From Thermoanaerobaculia bacterium (lineage in GTDB: Bacteria; Acidobacteriota; Thermoanaerobaculia; Multivoradales; Multivoraceae): a stretch of 64,000 nt of DNA. A program made the translations under genes and the position numbers. Within the stretch, counting starts at the first letter, position 1; every line of letters starts with the position of its first letter. A model generated the notes under the pieces. That model did not search any database and had not been told where the DNA came from. It worked only from the letters and a program-made list of their open reading frames with translations. The DNA lies in contig OY761158.1 in the NCBI GenBank assembly GCA_963664405.1, positions 3,360,001 to 3,424,000 of the forward strand, given 5' to 3'. Positions 47,428 to 58,101 of the stretch are shown in pieces.

Positions 47428-49184
47428 TTCTTCTTTCCCCGCTCCTTTTTCTTACCTACCGGTTTGACCACTGCGGCGGCATCCTCACCACCGAAGTAAC
47501 CGGCCTTCTTAAGACGTTGGTAACCGGTCTGTTGCACGATCGTCAATATGTTATTGGTGAGCCAATACAAAACCAGCCCGCTCGCGAAGCCAAACGAGAT
47601 CACAGTGAACCAGACCGGCATCGTGTTCATGATGATTCTTTGGCTTGGGTTCATACTCGCAGCCGGCATCATTCGCTGCTGCAGAAACTGAGCGCCGCCC
47701 ATGATGATGGGCAGTGCGTACCACGGATCCGGGGCGCTCAGATCCTGGATCCAGAGGGTCCAGGGAGCGTTCCACAGCTCTCCTGAATTCCTCAGCAGGG
47801 TGAAGAAAGAGAAGAAGACCGGCATCTGCAGCAGCATCGGTAGGCAGCCCCCGGCGGGATTTACGCCTTCGCTGCGGAACAGCGCCTGCATCTCTTCGTT
47901 CATCTTGCGCTGAGACTCCAGATTCGGTCGACCCTTCTTGTCTCGCTGTTTACCTCGGTGCTTCTGCTTGATCGCCTCGATCTTGGGATTCAGCTTCTGC
48001 ATCTTCTGCATCGAGACGTAACTCTTGTGGGTCAATGGAAACAGAGCCACCTTGATTACGACGGTGAGCAGAATGATCGACCAGCCGAAGTTGCCAACCA
48101 CATTGTCGTGGATCCAAAGCAACATGAAGAGCATCGGGCGGGACAACGCACCGAGGTACTTACCCCACCGGATCGTTCGATCGAGCCCGCCCTCGAGCTT
48201 CGCGAGGCGTTGGTACTTCTTCGCCCCCCAGTACCCGGCAGCCTGGAACTCTCCGCCCTGCGGAAAGAGCGCCAGCTGGAGCTCCTGCGGTAGATCTTCC
48301 TGAGTGGAGCTTATCGACTCCTCGGGAGGCCGTGGCAGGAACGAATGGGGGGCGCCCTCGCCCTGGCTGACCAAGAGAACCGGTTGGGCCAACACCTCGA
48401 CTAAGGGTGTCCGAGGTGCCAAGGTAGTCAGAAAATACGTGTCCTCCAAGGCAAACCATCCAACGCCGGCGCCGGGGATTCGCACATCGGCCCGCTGTTT
48501 TGGGGCGTCGAGCTGTTCCACTTCGTCACCTGCCGAGAAGGACGCGCTTCTCTGAAGATTCCGGCTAACGAGCTCCTTGTCCGTCGGGTTTCGAAGTCCT
48601 GGGCCGAGGAGGACTCCCCAGTCCCTCAGATTCGTTTCGATCCCGACCTCGAACATGCCGTTGTCAGAAAAGCGGAACTCTTTGGTCACCACCCCCAGAG
48701 CGCCCCGGTACTTGAAGCGGATGCCAGGGCCCTTGGTTCCCTCTCCGGCCAGCTCCTCGTGCACGAAAAGAGCCTCATTCACCGGCAGCGGATCGCCTTC
48801 CGGGTTCACCAGGGCGAAGGGGTAGGGAGCCGATTCACGCTCCCGAACCATCTCGAGCTGGCCTCCGTCTCGACCGATTACATCCTTGAGTCTAAAGGAG
48901 ATAAGCTGAGCCCCGCGATTCGAGAACACGGCCTGGGTGGTCGGCCCATCGAGGTCGACGTTGGTCGCGAGGGTCGCCTCCAAGGGCTCGAACGTCAGCT
49001 CTTCCTCCACCGCCGGGTCGACGACGACAGCATCTTGCGCCTGGGCGGGTCGAGTCGAGGGAGAGGGCAGGGCCGCGTCTGGAGCAGGCTGCGCCACCCG
49101 CTCCGGGGCCGGGAAAAGGAAGCCCCAGCCAATCAGCACCAGCAGGGAGAGAAACGCCGCGAGGATGAGCCGTTTTTGGTCCAA
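47424..49184 (-). CDS. yidC: membrane protein insertase YidC
   Basis: GNFGWSII, SMQKMQ, NPAGGCLPMLLQMP, WIQDLSAPDP, LYWLTNN. Confidence 0.96.
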   Translation of the reverse strand: MDQKRLILAAFLSLLVLIGWGFLFPAPERVAQPAPDAALPSPSTRPAQAQDAVVVDPAVEEELTFEPLEATLATNVDLDGPTTQAVFSNRGAQLISFRLKDVIGRDGGQLEMVRERESAPYPFALVNPEGDPLPVNEALFVHEELAGEGTKGPGIRFKYRGALGVVTKEFRFSDNGMFEVGIETNLRDWGVLLGPGLRNPTDKELVSRNLQRSASFSAGDEVEQLDAPKQRADVRIPGAGVGWFALEDTYFLTTLAPRTPLVEVLAQPVLLVSQGEGAPHSFLPRPPEESISSTQEDLPQELQLALFPQGGEFQAAGYWGAKKYQRLAKLEGGLDRTIRWGKYLGALSRPMLFMLLWIHDNVVGNFGWSIILLTVVIKVALFPLTHKSYVSMQKMQKLNPKIEAIKQKHRGKQRDKKGRPNLESQRKMNEEMQALFRSEGVNPAGGCLPMLLQMPVFFSFFTLLRNSGELWNAPWTLWIQDLSAPDPWYALPIIMGGAQFLQQRMMPAASMNPSQRIIMNTMPVWFTVISFGFASGLVLYWLTNNILTIVQQTGYQRLKKAGYFGGEDAAAVVKPVGKKKERGKKK

Positions 49185-49209
49185 GGCTGAGAGTCCTCTT
49201 GGTCAACCC

Positions 49210-49416
49210 CTAAGGGAGGTCGACGCCCCCCTTGTGGAGGGGGTGACAACGAAGGAGCCTGGCACCGCTCTTGGCGAAGGCGGTCCCGAATCCGTACTTC
49301 TGAAAGGAGAGACGGGCATACTCGGAGCAAGACGGCGAGAAGCGGCAGGCGCCGGGTAGTAACGGGGAGACCCACCGTTGATACCCCTCGAGTGCCGCCA
49401 CCGCGAGTCGACTCAT
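49210..49416 (-). CDS. yidD: membrane protein insertion efficiency factor
   Basis: YQRWVSP..ACRFSPSCSEY..RLLRCHP..GGVD. Confidence 0.93.
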   Translation of the reverse strand: MSRLAVAALEGYQRWVSPLLPGACRFSPSCSEYARLSFQKYGFGTAFAKSGARLLRCHPLHKGGVDLP

Positions 49417-49802
49417 GACACCCAATCGCCTGTCAGTAGCCTGGACAACTGGTCTTCCAGGGCTCGTTTCACTTCCTCGAAGTCTCTGCGGATTGCGGGA
49501 TGCTTCAAATTCATCACGATGTCCACTGCCGGGAGCTCGTCGCGACGCCCCCAGCGCCGATAGACCTCCCGGCACCGGCGCCGTCCCAGATTTCGCAGTA
49601 CTGCGCATCCCAACTTCCGACTGGCGGTCAGGCCCAGCCGCGGAGCTCCCAAATCGTTCGATAGGACAAAAAACGTCGCAACAGGTCCACCCAAGCGCTT
49701 GCCACGGTTATAGCAACGAAGGTACTCACTCCGTTTCAGTAGACGACCTGCAGAATCAAGACTCTCAGGCCTCTTGCGCGCCACCTTCGCTTCCGCGTTC
49801 AA
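49413..49802 (-). CDS. rnpA: ribonuclease P protein
   Basis: [21 protein letters not shown]; synteny with rpmH and yidD. Confidence 0.9.
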   Translation of the reverse strand: MNAEAKVARKRPESLDSAGRLLKRSEYLRCYNRGKRLGGPVATFFVLSNDLGAPRLGLTASRKLGCAVLRNLGRRRCREVYRRWGRRDELPAVDIVMNLKHPAIRRDFEEVKRALEDQLSRLLTGDWVS

Positions 49803-49933
49803 ACCGCCAAGCGCGTGCGCCCCTTGCGGCGGCGATGAGAGAGTATGGCGCGACCCTGCCGCGTACGCATTCTGATACGAAATCCGTGGGTCTTCTTACG
49901 GCGACGATTGTTCGGTTGAAATGTTCTCTTCAC
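49799..49933 (-). CDS. rpmH: 50S ribosomal protein L34
   Basis: [44 protein letters not shown] (GTG start; below the ORF-track length cutoff). Confidence 0.96.
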   Translation of the reverse strand: MKRTFQPNNRRRKKTHGFRIRMRTRQGRAILSHRRRKGRTRLAV

Positions 49934-49982
49934 AGCATCACCTTTGTCGATTCTTCAGTTTCTATACACACGGCCCAGGGGA

Positions 49983-50072
49983 TGGCGGAGAGGGTGGGAT
50001 TCGAACCCACGGATCGCGTAAACGATCAACGGTTTTCGAGACCGCCCCGTTCGACCACTCTGGCACCTCTCC
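49983..50072 (-). tRNA. tRNA-Ser(CGA)
   Basis: GGAGAGG acceptor stem, anticodon loop CT-CGA-AA, long variable arm, CCA end. Confidence 0.96.
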
Positions 50073-50111
50073 TACTCTCAAACACAAACCTCCAGGTCCA
50101 GCCCACTCGGA

Positions 50112-50202
<91 letters not shown>

Positions 50203-50219
50203 CTATTTTCGGATCTATA

Positions 50220-50678
50220 TCAAGTATTGTGCCGCAGCGCGGCAAAAAAGCTTTTTAGCAACTGTCGACTTTCTTCTCGCATCTCTCCGCGGCAGACTTC
50301 CAGTCGATGATTCAAGCGAGCATCCTGGACCAAGTTTCCCAGCGATCCGCAGAAGCCTGCTTTGGGATCCTCTGTTGCGAAGACCAGCCGGCGTATGCGG
50401 CTCTGCACCAAGGCGCCGGCGCACATGGCACAGGGCTCGAGTGTTACAAAGAGGGTGCACTCGGATAGTCGCCAATCTCCGATTCGACGCGCGGCCTCTC
50501 GCAGCGCAAGAATCTCGGCGTGGCCGAGTGGATCTTTGTCCGTCTCCTTTCGATTGTGTGCACGGCTCAACACCTCATCGGTGCCGTGAACAACCACGGC
50601 TCCAACCGGCACCTCGCCGAGCTTTGCCGCCTTCCGCGCCTCGTGTACTGCTTCCGACATCCAGTGCTCATCGTTCAT
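50220..50678 (-). CDS. tadA: tRNA adenosine(34) deaminase
   Basis: GEVPVGAV, HAEI, TLEPCAMCAGA. Confidence 0.94.
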   Translation of the reverse strand: MNDEHWMSEAVHEARKAAKLGEVPVGAVVVHGTDEVLSRAHNRKETDKDPLGHAEILALREAARRIGDWRLSECTLFVTLEPCAMCAGALVQSRIRRLVFATEDPKAGFCGSLGNLVQDARLNHRLEVCRGEMREESRQLLKSFFAALRHNT

Positions 50679-50817
50679 CGGCAGATCTGCAAACTGGCGC
50701 GGCGGACGAACGCCCTATAGTAGCTCATCTAAGAACGTCGGTAAACAACCAGTCGTCCCTGCCGATGCAAGTCACGAGCTCTGCTTTACAAGCGGCGGAC
50801 CACACACTACGATGCCG

Positions 50818-50960
50818 GGTGGGGAGCCCCCCGTGAAGGGTTCGGGCCCTGTGCGTTGAGGGGCTCCGAACCTCGTCAGGCCCGGAAGGGAGCAGCGATA
50901 AGGTGTTCTCCTCGAGCGCCGCAGTTTCAGCCGGAACCCTTCACGCGAGGCTCCTGCACC
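50818..50960 (+). ncRNA. ffs: SRP RNA
   Basis: TCAGGCCCGGAAGGGAGCAGC domain IV inside a long hairpin; upstream of dnaX. Confidence 0.9.
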
Positions 50961-51006
50961 AAGTGAGGGTCGCAGGCTCCCTCGCTGGAGACGGCCTAAC
51001 ACCAAA

Positions 51007-52686
51007 ATGACTTATCAAGCCCTCGCCAGGAAGTGGCGTCCGCAGGACTTCTCCTCGATCGTCGGACAAGAGGCAGTGGTCACGGCGCTGCGCAATAGCA
51101 TTGCTGAGGACCGCATCGCGCAGGCCTACCTTTTTTCCGGCATCCGCGGCGTCGGCAAAACAACGGCCGCCAGAGTTCTGGCCAAGGCCCTCAATTGTGA
51201 GACCCGACGCGACGCCGACGAGAGCACCGAATCGTTCTCCGACCCCTGCAACAACTGTGTCCCTTGCCGTGAGATCACTCGAGGGTCGGACCTCGATGTC
51301 ATCGAGATCGACGCCGCCACCTATTCCAAAGTGGAACAAGTCCGCGAGCTCACCGAGAGTCTTCGCTACGGCCCCGCCCGAGACACCTACAAGGTCGTCG
51401 TCATCGACGAGATTCATCGGCTCTCTCGGCAGGCCTTCGACGCGTTGCTCAAGATTGTCGAGGAGCCGCCTTCCCATCTAGTCTTCATCTTTGCCACCAC
51501 CGAGATCGAAGTCGTACCGGCAACCCTGCTCTCGCGGTGCCAGGACTTTCACTTCCGACGGGTGTCCGCCGCCGACTTGGTTTCGCTGCTCAAGAAGCTC
51601 ACCGACGCCGAGAACATCGACGCCACCGAGAGAGCGCTGCGATTGATCGCCCGGGCGGGGGAAGGAAGCGCTCGTGATGCGGTAGCTCTTCTCGATCAAC
51701 TTGCGACTTTCGGCTCGGGCAAAATCGCCGAGGAGGACGCGGTTCGCTTACTTGGAGGACTCGACCTCCGCCTTTTTCACCATCTGCTCTCGAGCATTCT
51801 CAGCGGTGATTCGTCGTCGGTCTCCACCGCTCTGCAACAAGTGGAGGACCAAGGCTGGGACCCCAGACGCACCCATACCCAATTCCTCGCCTACTGCCGA
51901 GACGCGCTCCATGCCGCCGTCGGCACCGAGGCCAATGCGCTCGACCTACCTAAGGAAGACGCAGACCAGCTGGTGACCCTGGCGCGCGAAACAGGGTACG
52001 AGAATCTGCTCCGCCTACTCAATCAGCTGCTGAAGAGCGAGGAGCTGGTTAGAAGAAGCGACGCACCGGCCTTGGCTGTCGAGATCGCCTGGCTGCGGGC
52101 CGCAGAGCTTCCCAAGCTGACTCGAATCGAGGAGATCCTGAGCGGGGCGCCGGCGCCGAAGAGAAGGGAGGCCCTCGAGGAACCCGCGCCGGCCAAAGCC
52201 CCTCGTCCACGGGCGAGCGACGCAGACCCGACTCCGAGCTCGGCGCAACCGGCGACGCCGACGACTGCTCAACCGGAGCCCACCGCGGACGGACCTCGGC
52301 TGTCCCGGAACCCTAAAGAAGCGCTGCTCGAGCTGGTAAGCCAACGCAAACAGCCCCTCGCGGCCCGGCTTCGTCAATGTCAGAGCCTCGAGGTCGTGGG
52401 AAGCGAGCTGCGCATCGTCATCGCGCAAGGCGACGACTGGCCGAGAGAAGCTCTGGAGCGAAGCCAAAACAAAGAGCTACTCGACCAGGCCGTCGCTGAG
52501 CTCTGGGGGAAAGACGCGAGCTGGACCCTGGTCGAGGGAGAGCCTGTCGCAGAACCGGTAGAGTCAGCGTCGCCCGCCGTCGGCCCTGCGGTCGAGCACC
52601 CTGTAGTCCAATCGGCGCTCGATCTCTTTGCCGGCACCATTGAAACCATCGAAGAGACTCAACCGAACACGGAGGACCAGGAATGA
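51007..52686 (+). CDS. dnaX: DNA polymerase III gamma/tau
   Basis: YQALARKWRPQ, GVGKTT, DEIH, LLKIVEEPP, SRC. Confidence 0.97.
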   Translation: MTYQALARKWRPQDFSSIVGQEAVVTALRNSIAEDRIAQAYLFSGIRGVGKTTAARVLAKALNCETRRDADESTESFSDPCNNCVPCREITRGSDLDVIEIDAATYSKVEQVRELTESLRYGPARDTYKVVVIDEIHRLSRQAFDALLKIVEEPPSHLVFIFATTEIEVVPATLLSRCQDFHFRRVSAADLVSLLKKLTDAENIDATERALRLIARAGEGSARDAVALLDQLATFGSGKIAEEDAVRLLGGLDLRLFHHLLSSILSGDSSSVSTALQQVEDQGWDPRRTHTQFLAYCRDALHAAVGTEANALDLPKEDADQLVTLARETGYENLLRLLNQLLKSEELVRRSDAPALAVEIAWLRAAELPKLTRIEEILSGAPAPKRREALEEPAPAKAPRPRASDADPTPSSAQPATPTTAQPEPTADGPRLSRNPKEALLELVSQRKQPLAARLRQCQSLEVVGSELRIVIAQGDDWPREALERSQNKELLDQAVAELWGKDASWTLVEGEPVAEPVESASPAVGPAVEHPVVQSALDLFAGTIETIEETQPNTEDQE

Positions 52687-52979
52687 ACCTGCAAAAACTC
52701 ATGAAGCAGGCTCAGGAAATGCAAACGCGCCTCCAGGGCGAGCTCGAGACCCTGGAGGTCGAGGCGTCTGTCGGCGGCGGTATGGTGTCGGTGACCCTCA
52801 GTGGCCACAAACTTCTGCGCTCTGTACGCATCGACGCCGAGGTCATGGACCCCGAGGATCCCGAGATGCTCCAAGATCTGATCGTCGCGGCGGTGAACGA
52901 AGCTGCCCGTAAAGTGGATGAAGAGATGCAGAGCAAGCTTGGCGGCCTTGGCGGAGGCTTGCCCGGCATGTTCGGCTAG
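52683..52979 (+). CDS. ybaB: YbaB/EbfC nucleoid-associated protein
   Basis: MKQAQEMQ..GGGMV..DPEMLQDLIVAAVN. Confidence 0.94.
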   Translation: MNLQKLMKQAQEMQTRLQGELETLEVEASVGGGMVSVTLSGHKLLRSVRIDAEVMDPEDPEMLQDLIVAAVNEAARKVDEEMQSKLGGLGGGLPGMFG

Positions 52980-52986
52980 CTCGAGA

Positions 52987-53577
52987 ATGCGGCCCTCCGA
53001 TCCGCTGGGCCGGTTGGTCGGGGAGCTTTCGCGGCTACCCGGCATCGGCCCCAAGACCGCTACCCGACTAGCGCATCACCTGCTCCGCGTTCCGGAGTCC
53101 GATGCCAGATCACTGGCCGAGGCCATCGTGGAGATCAAGGAGAAGCTCACCCACTGCTCTACCTGCAACAGCATCACCGCTGAGGACCCCTGCGATCTCT
53201 GCACAGATCCTCAGCGGGACCGCTCTAAGATCTGTGTAGTGGAAGAGCCCTTCAACATCCAGCCCATCGAGCGCACCGGCGAGTATCGCGGCCTCTTTCA
53301 CGCACTCATGGGCGCTCTTTCACCGCAACGTGGCATCGGGCCCGACCAATTGGCCATCGACGGGCTGCTCGAGCGCCTCGACGGCGTCGAAGAGGTCATC
53401 ATCGCCACGAATCCCAATGTGGAGGGAGAAGCGACGGCCCTCTTCCTCGCCCGAATCCTGAGGCCCAGAGGAATAGCGGTCACCCGCCTTGCCTTCGGGC
53501 TGCCGATCGGCGGAGACATCGATTACATCGACGAAGTGACCCTCGCCCGATCGCTCACCGGCCGAAGGGACTTTTGA
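52987..53577 (+). CDS. recR: recombination protein RecR
   Basis: LPGIGPKTA, C4 zinc finger, ICVVE, ATNPNVEGEAT. Confidence 0.96.
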   Translation: MRPSDPLGRLVGELSRLPGIGPKTATRLAHHLLRVPESDARSLAEAIVEIKEKLTHCSTCNSITAEDPCDLCTDPQRDRSKICVVEEPFNIQPIERTGEYRGLFHALMGALSPQRGIGPDQLAIDGLLERLDGVEEVIIATNPNVEGEATALFLARILRPRGIAVTRLAFGLPIGGDIDYIDEVTLARSLTGRRDF

Positions 53578-54893
53578 GCCCCCCGGAAGCGATGGACACG
53601 AGCCTCGGCCGCGGCGATCTCCTTCCGGAGGTCCTGATCGCACCGCCCGGGCCCGAATCGAGACGTCTCTGTACCCGCCTAGAGGACGTCGAGGCGCCGA
53701 TCGTCAACACCGTTTCGGCCGCCGGGCCGGCGGTGGTGTGGGCTGAAGCGCTGGGAGCTAACGTGCTCGACGTCGACGGCAATCGCTATATCGACCTCAC
53801 TTCCGGCTTCGGCGCCGCGGCGGTGGGTCACCGACACCCTAGGGTGGTCGAGGCGGTGAACCGCCAGGCGGCGAAGCTGCTCCATGGCCTCGGCGACATC
53901 GCCGCCCACCCGACGCGAGTAGCCCTCGCGACGAGTCTCAAGAAACTCGCACCCATCACCGACGCGCGCATTTTCTTTGCTACCAGCGGCTCCGACGCGG
54001 TCGAGATTGCCCTCAAATCAGCAATGCTCGCGACCGGGCGCAGTGGCGTCTTAGTCTTCGAGCCCGCGTACCATGGCCTCTCCTTCGGCGCGCTGGCTCT
54101 GAGCTCGCGGGCTTCGTTCCGCCTTCCCTTTGAGGATGTGCTCAACCCCGCAATCGCAAGGCTGCCTTTCGGCTGTGATACCGAGTTGTTGGCTAGCGCC
54201 CTTTCGGGCGGCCGAGAGCGGCTCGCCTGCGTAGTCTTCGAGCCCATCGTCGGTCGAGAAGGCGTTCTCCTACCACCAACTGGATGGCTCGAGGCATTGC
54301 AGCGAATCTGTCAGGCCGAGGGCATCCTTCTGGTTGCGGACGAGATCTTTACCGGATTCGGCAGGACTGGCCAAACCTTCGCGATCGAGGAAGAAGGCAT
54401 CGAGGTAGATCTTCTCTGCTGCGGAAAGGCGCTCGCCGGCGGTCTACCGCTCGCCTCGGTGATCGGGCGAAGAGAGGTAATGGCGGCCTGGGACCGGCCC
54501 GGCGAAGCTCTTCATACCGGGACTTTCATGGCCCACCCTCTGAGCTGCGCCGCAGCTCTCGAGGTTCTTGGCCTGCTCGAGGAAGAGAACCTTCTCGAGA
54601 AGGCGAGGAGGGGTGGGCAAAAGATCGAGAAGCGCCTGTCTCCTTGGGTCGGCGCAGCTGGCGTGACAGACCTTCGCGGTCGTGGTCTTCTCTGGGGGCT
54701 GGAAATGGATCGCGCCTCGCGTGCCAAGGCGCTCGCGAGCGAGGCCCTGGCCGAGGGGCTCATCATCCTCGCCGGTGGTAGCGACGGCCGAACGCTCCAA
54801 ATTCTGCCACCGTTAACCATAGATAGTCGCCAACTCGACGCCGCTCTCGATATCCTGGAGCACCTGCTGTCGAGCTCCGAGGCTTCCGGATGA
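53574..54893 (+). CDS. class III aminotransferase (GabT/ArgD-like)
   Basis: DVDGNRYID, SGSDAVE, EPIVG, DEIFTGFGRTG, GKALAGG. Confidence 0.9.
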   Translation: MSPPEAMDTSLGRGDLLPEVLIAPPGPESRRLCTRLEDVEAPIVNTVSAAGPAVVWAEALGANVLDVDGNRYIDLTSGFGAAAVGHRHPRVVEAVNRQAAKLLHGLGDIAAHPTRVALATSLKKLAPITDARIFFATSGSDAVEIALKSAMLATGRSGVLVFEPAYHGLSFGALALSSRASFRLPFEDVLNPAIARLPFGCDTELLASALSGGRERLACVVFEPIVGREGVLLPPTGWLEALQRICQAEGILLVADEIFTGFGRTGQTFAIEEEGIEVDLLCCGKALAGGLPLASVIGRREVMAAWDRPGEALHTGTFMAHPLSCAAALEVLGLLEEENLLEKARRGGQKIEKRLSPWVGAAGVTDLRGRGLLWGLEMDRASRAKALASEALAEGLIILAGGSDGRTLQILPPLTIDSRQLDAALDILEHLLSSSEASG

Positions 54894-56068
54894 CGCATAG
54901 TCAAGATTCTTCCAGACCCATACCGCTGGTCGATGTCGGTCGCGAGCACGAACCGATACGAGAGGAGCTCTCGAGAGCCGTCACTCGAGTGCTGGCGAGT
55001 GGGCGTTTTATTCTCGGCGAAGAGGTTGCCACCTTCGAGGCTGCCACCGCCGCCTATCTCGGCTCCGGTCACTCTTTGGGTACCTCATCGGGCAGCGACT
55101 CCTTACTCGCTTGCCTGATGGCCTTGGATCTCGAGCCCGATGACGAGGTCCTGTGTCCGGCTTTCACCTTTATCGCCACCGCCGGCGGCATTTCGAGGGC
55201 CGGCGCGAAGCCTGTCTTCGCAGACGTCTCTCCGCTTACGCTCGACTGCCGGCGGGAGGACCTCGAATCGCGGATTACTCCTCACACACGGGCCATTGTC
55301 GCGGTCCATCTCTTCGGTCGGTGCAGCGAACTGGATCCCATCGTAGAGCTCGCCAACGATCACGGGCTAGTGCTGATAGAAGATACGGCGCAGGCGCTGG
55401 GGGCGTCGATCGGAGGCCGAAAGGCAGGCACACGCGGCGACGCCGGCTGCTTCTCGTTCTACCCGACCAAGAACCTCGGCGGCTTTGGGGACGGCGGCCT
55501 GATCTGCACCGACCGCGACGACTTGGCGAACCGGCTTCGATCTCTCCGCGACCACGGGCAGGTTGGACGCTACATTCATGGCGAGATCGGCGGGAACTTC
55601 CGGCTCGATGCCCTGCAAGCGGCGCTTCTCTCAGTGAAGCTGCCCCGACTCGACGAGATGAACGTGCGTCGTGGCGAGGCTGCAAAGCGCTACTCTGACC
55701 TGTTCTTCGACAGTGAGCTCGCGGCTGCCGCTGACGCCGACTGTGACCGAGTCCCGCCGCCCATCCTTGTGCCCCTGGGAGCGTACCCAGAGCACGTCTT
55801 CCACCAGTACGTGATCCGAATTACCGAGGTCGGGGCCAGGGATCGAGTCCGCGATGTGCTGCAAACGGCCGGCGTTGGCACACAAATCTACTACCCGGTA
55901 CCCCTCCATCTACAACCCTGCTTCGCGGACCTGGGTTACCAAGGCGGCGAGCTCCCCAACGCCGAGCGCCTTTCGCGAGAGGTCCTCGCTCTCCCCATCT
56001 TCCCGTACATCACCGAAGAGGAGCAGACGAGGGTCGTAGATCTCGTCACCGCCAGCCTCCGGACGTGA
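54890..56068 (+). CDS. DegT/DnrJ/EryC1/StrS aminotransferase
   Basis: SGSDSL, VHLFG, EDTAQA, FSFYPTKNLG, NFRLDALQA, LALPIFP. Confidence 0.92.
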   Translation: MTHSQDSSRPIPLVDVGREHEPIREELSRAVTRVLASGRFILGEEVATFEAATAAYLGSGHSLGTSSGSDSLLACLMALDLEPDDEVLCPAFTFIATAGGISRAGAKPVFADVSPLTLDCRREDLESRITPHTRAIVAVHLFGRCSELDPIVELANDHGLVLIEDTAQALGASIGGRKAGTRGDAGCFSFYPTKNLGGFGDGGLICTDRDDLANRLRSLRDHGQVGRYIHGEIGGNFRLDALQAALLSVKLPRLDEMNVRRGEAAKRYSDLFFDSELAAAADADCDRVPPPILVPLGAYPEHVFHQYVIRITEVGARDRVRDVLQTAGVGTQIYYPVPLHLQPCFADLGYQGGELPNAERLSREVLALPIFPYITEEEQTRVVDLVTASLRT

Positions 56069-56132
56069 TCGCCGTCGTTGACGGTCGAGCTGTCCTGGAC
56101 GGTTGAGAGATGGCGGCCCCGCAAGGCGCATC

Positions 56133-56840
56133 GTGCCAGCCTTCGAAACGATCTTCATTTTCCTACTTGTGATCGCTGCAGGGCTCACAACACTTCTCCT
56201 CTTCGTAGCTCTCAAGCGCTCGAGGGCCTCACCCGCAGGCGATGCCCTGGGAGCAGGCCAGTTCGAAGATGCGCTGGTCCTCGCCGGAAGAGGCCTCGGA
56301 GACCAACGAGACGAGTGGATGGCCGGCGCGGTCGCGGCTAAGCATCTAGCGCGCTGGTCCCAGGCTCACGCGTTCCTTGACCGGATCCTGGCCGAGGATC
56401 CAAAAGACGGGGAGGGCCTAGCCGAGCGCGGACTCCTGAGTCTCTATCAAGATCGCCCGCAGGACGCGCGCGGCTACTTTCAAAGCGCCCTGGCGCAGCG
56501 CGGAGATCTAATCGAGTCGCTGACTCTTCATCTCGCCCTGGCCGCTTTGGTCGAGGGCGACCTCGCCCTCGCCCGCAGGACCTTCGAAGAGGTCGAGGTC
56601 TCGCTCGAAACCAAGCTGCGAATCGACCTGGGGGATGATGAGCCACTGTTCTCGGAGTGGCTCTTTCACGCGGCAGCACTGTGGGACGCGCTGGGCAAAG
56701 AAGGCAAGGCCCGCTGGGCCTGGGGTCAGGCCCTGGCCGCCGCACCTGCGAGCCAACTCGCGACCGTCCTCAACGACCTCGGCCTCGCTCAGCACCTCCA
56801 TCCGCCTGGTCCAGAACCTTGTCAATCATCGACGACGTAG
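56133..56840 (+). CDS. membrane-anchored TPR-like hypothetical protein
   Basis: N-terminal TM, helical TPR-like segments. Confidence 0.65.
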   Translation: MPAFETIFIFLLVIAAGLTTLLLFVALKRSRASPAGDALGAGQFEDALVLAGRGLGDQRDEWMAGAVAAKHLARWSQAHAFLDRILAEDPKDGEGLAERGLLSLYQDRPQDARGYFQSALAQRGDLIESLTLHLALAALVEGDLALARRTFEEVEVSLETKLRIDLGDDEPLFSEWLFHAAALWDALGKEGKARWAWGQALAAAPASQLATVLNDLGLAQHLHPPGPEPCQSSTT

Positions 56841-57915
56841 GAATGCTCGACAATTCCTGTCGATTTCTCCAACTCATCTCTCCGGCTTCGCTTTCTGCAA
56901 CGACGTCGTCCTCGTAGACCACTCGGGCGCGACGAATCTCCAGCCTCAGATCACGGAATGTGATGTGGTGCCTGGCCTCACCGAGCTTTCTCCCAAGGCT
57001 CCATGTCCCACCGTAGCGCTGCGCCAGAGCCAACTCCCAGCCCGCCTTTCTCTCCCCGCTCCTCTTCGTCCAGGGCAACTCCCAGAGACCCGCGAGGATC
57101 TTCTCGTCGTCGCTGTTTCGACACAAAAGAATGCGGCCCTTTGTTTCGACCACGACGACGATGCGCTTCTCAACGATCGGCCGTCGGCTCTCCCTTCGCG
57201 GCGGATAGGCCTCGGGATGGCCCGAGGCTCGCGCGAGACAGTCTCGACCCAGAGGACACTCCGAGCACCGGGGCCGCAACGGCGAGCAAACAGTCGCGCC
57301 GATCTCCATCAGGGCTTGATTGGAGTCGCCGGGCGCCCCGCGATCCAACAGCTCGGTCGCCTTGGCCAGGAGCTTCAGGCGAGCCTGCTTGCGCTTGGGA
57401 TCCGCCGACAGCGCGATCAGGCGGCCGACCACTCGCTCGACGTTTCCGTCGAGAACGGCAACAGGCTCGCCGAACGAGATGCTCGCCACGGCTGCCGCCG
57501 TATAGGCGCCAACCCCAGGGAGTCGGCGCAGCTCCCTCTCGGATCGAGGAAAGCCCCCTTTCTCTACGACCTGCTTCGCCGCCGCATGCAGATGTCGGGC
57601 TCGGCGGTAGTAGCCGAGTCCCGACCACAACGAGAGCACCTTCTCGATCGGCGCTTCCGCAAGGCTGTCGACGGTTGGAAACTCGCTGAGGAATCGACCG
57701 TAGTACGGGATCACGGTGTCGAGTCGCGTCTGCTGCAGCATCACCTCCGAGACCAAGACCTCATAGGGCCCGCTCCGCCGACGCCAGGGCAGTTTTCTAG
57801 CGTGCTTTCGAAACCATTCGAGCAGCTCCGTTCGCAGCTTCTGCTCACCACTGACTGACGCAAGACTTGGAGCGCCAAATTGATCGGCGTCACGGCGCAA
57901 ATTTTTTTTCGTCAT
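56770..57915 (-). CDS. mutY: A/G-specific adenine glycosylase
   Basis: SEVMLQQT, WSGLGYY, LPGVGAYT, LDGNV, CX6CX2CX5C, GLWELP. Confidence 0.94.
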   Translation of the reverse strand: MTKKNLRRDADQFGAPSLASVSGEQKLRTELLEWFRKHARKLPWRRRSGPYEVLVSEVMLQQTRLDTVIPYYGRFLSEFPTVDSLAEAPIEKVLSLWSGLGYYRRARHLHAAAKQVVEKGGFPRSERELRRLPGVGAYTAAAVASISFGEPVAVLDGNVERVVGRLIALSADPKRKQARLKLLAKATELLDRGAPGDSNQALMEIGATVCSPLRPRCSECPLGRDCLARASGHPEAYPPRRESRRPIVEKRIVVVVETKGRILLCRNSDDEKILAGLWELPWTKRSGERKAGWELALAQRYGGTWSLGRKLGEARHHITFRDLRLEIRRARVVYEDDVVAESEAGEMSWRNRQELSSIPTSSMIDKVLDQADGGAERGRGR

Positions 57916-58056
57916 GGAAGGTCAGAATTCTCAGTAGGTTAGACGTTGGGGGCCCAGATTTCTTGACGCAGAGCGTTGCGTACGTCAACAACCCGATGTT
58001 AGGATTCGAATCCTTCCGCGGGGTCGGAAGTAATATCAAAAAAGGGACTTCTTTTA

Positions 58057-58088
58057 GTTTCCACAGGTTGTGGAAATAATGTGGAATT
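58057..58088. promoter_or_regulatory. DnaA boxes upstream of dnaA
   Basis: GTTTCCACA, TGTGGAAAT and TGTGGAATT in an AT-rich stretch. Confidence 0.7.
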
Positions 58089-58101
58089 TCGTCCCGGCGC
58101 G

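Noticed and set aside
56635-57858. 407-aa plus-strand ORF
   Set aside because: Antisense shadow of mutY
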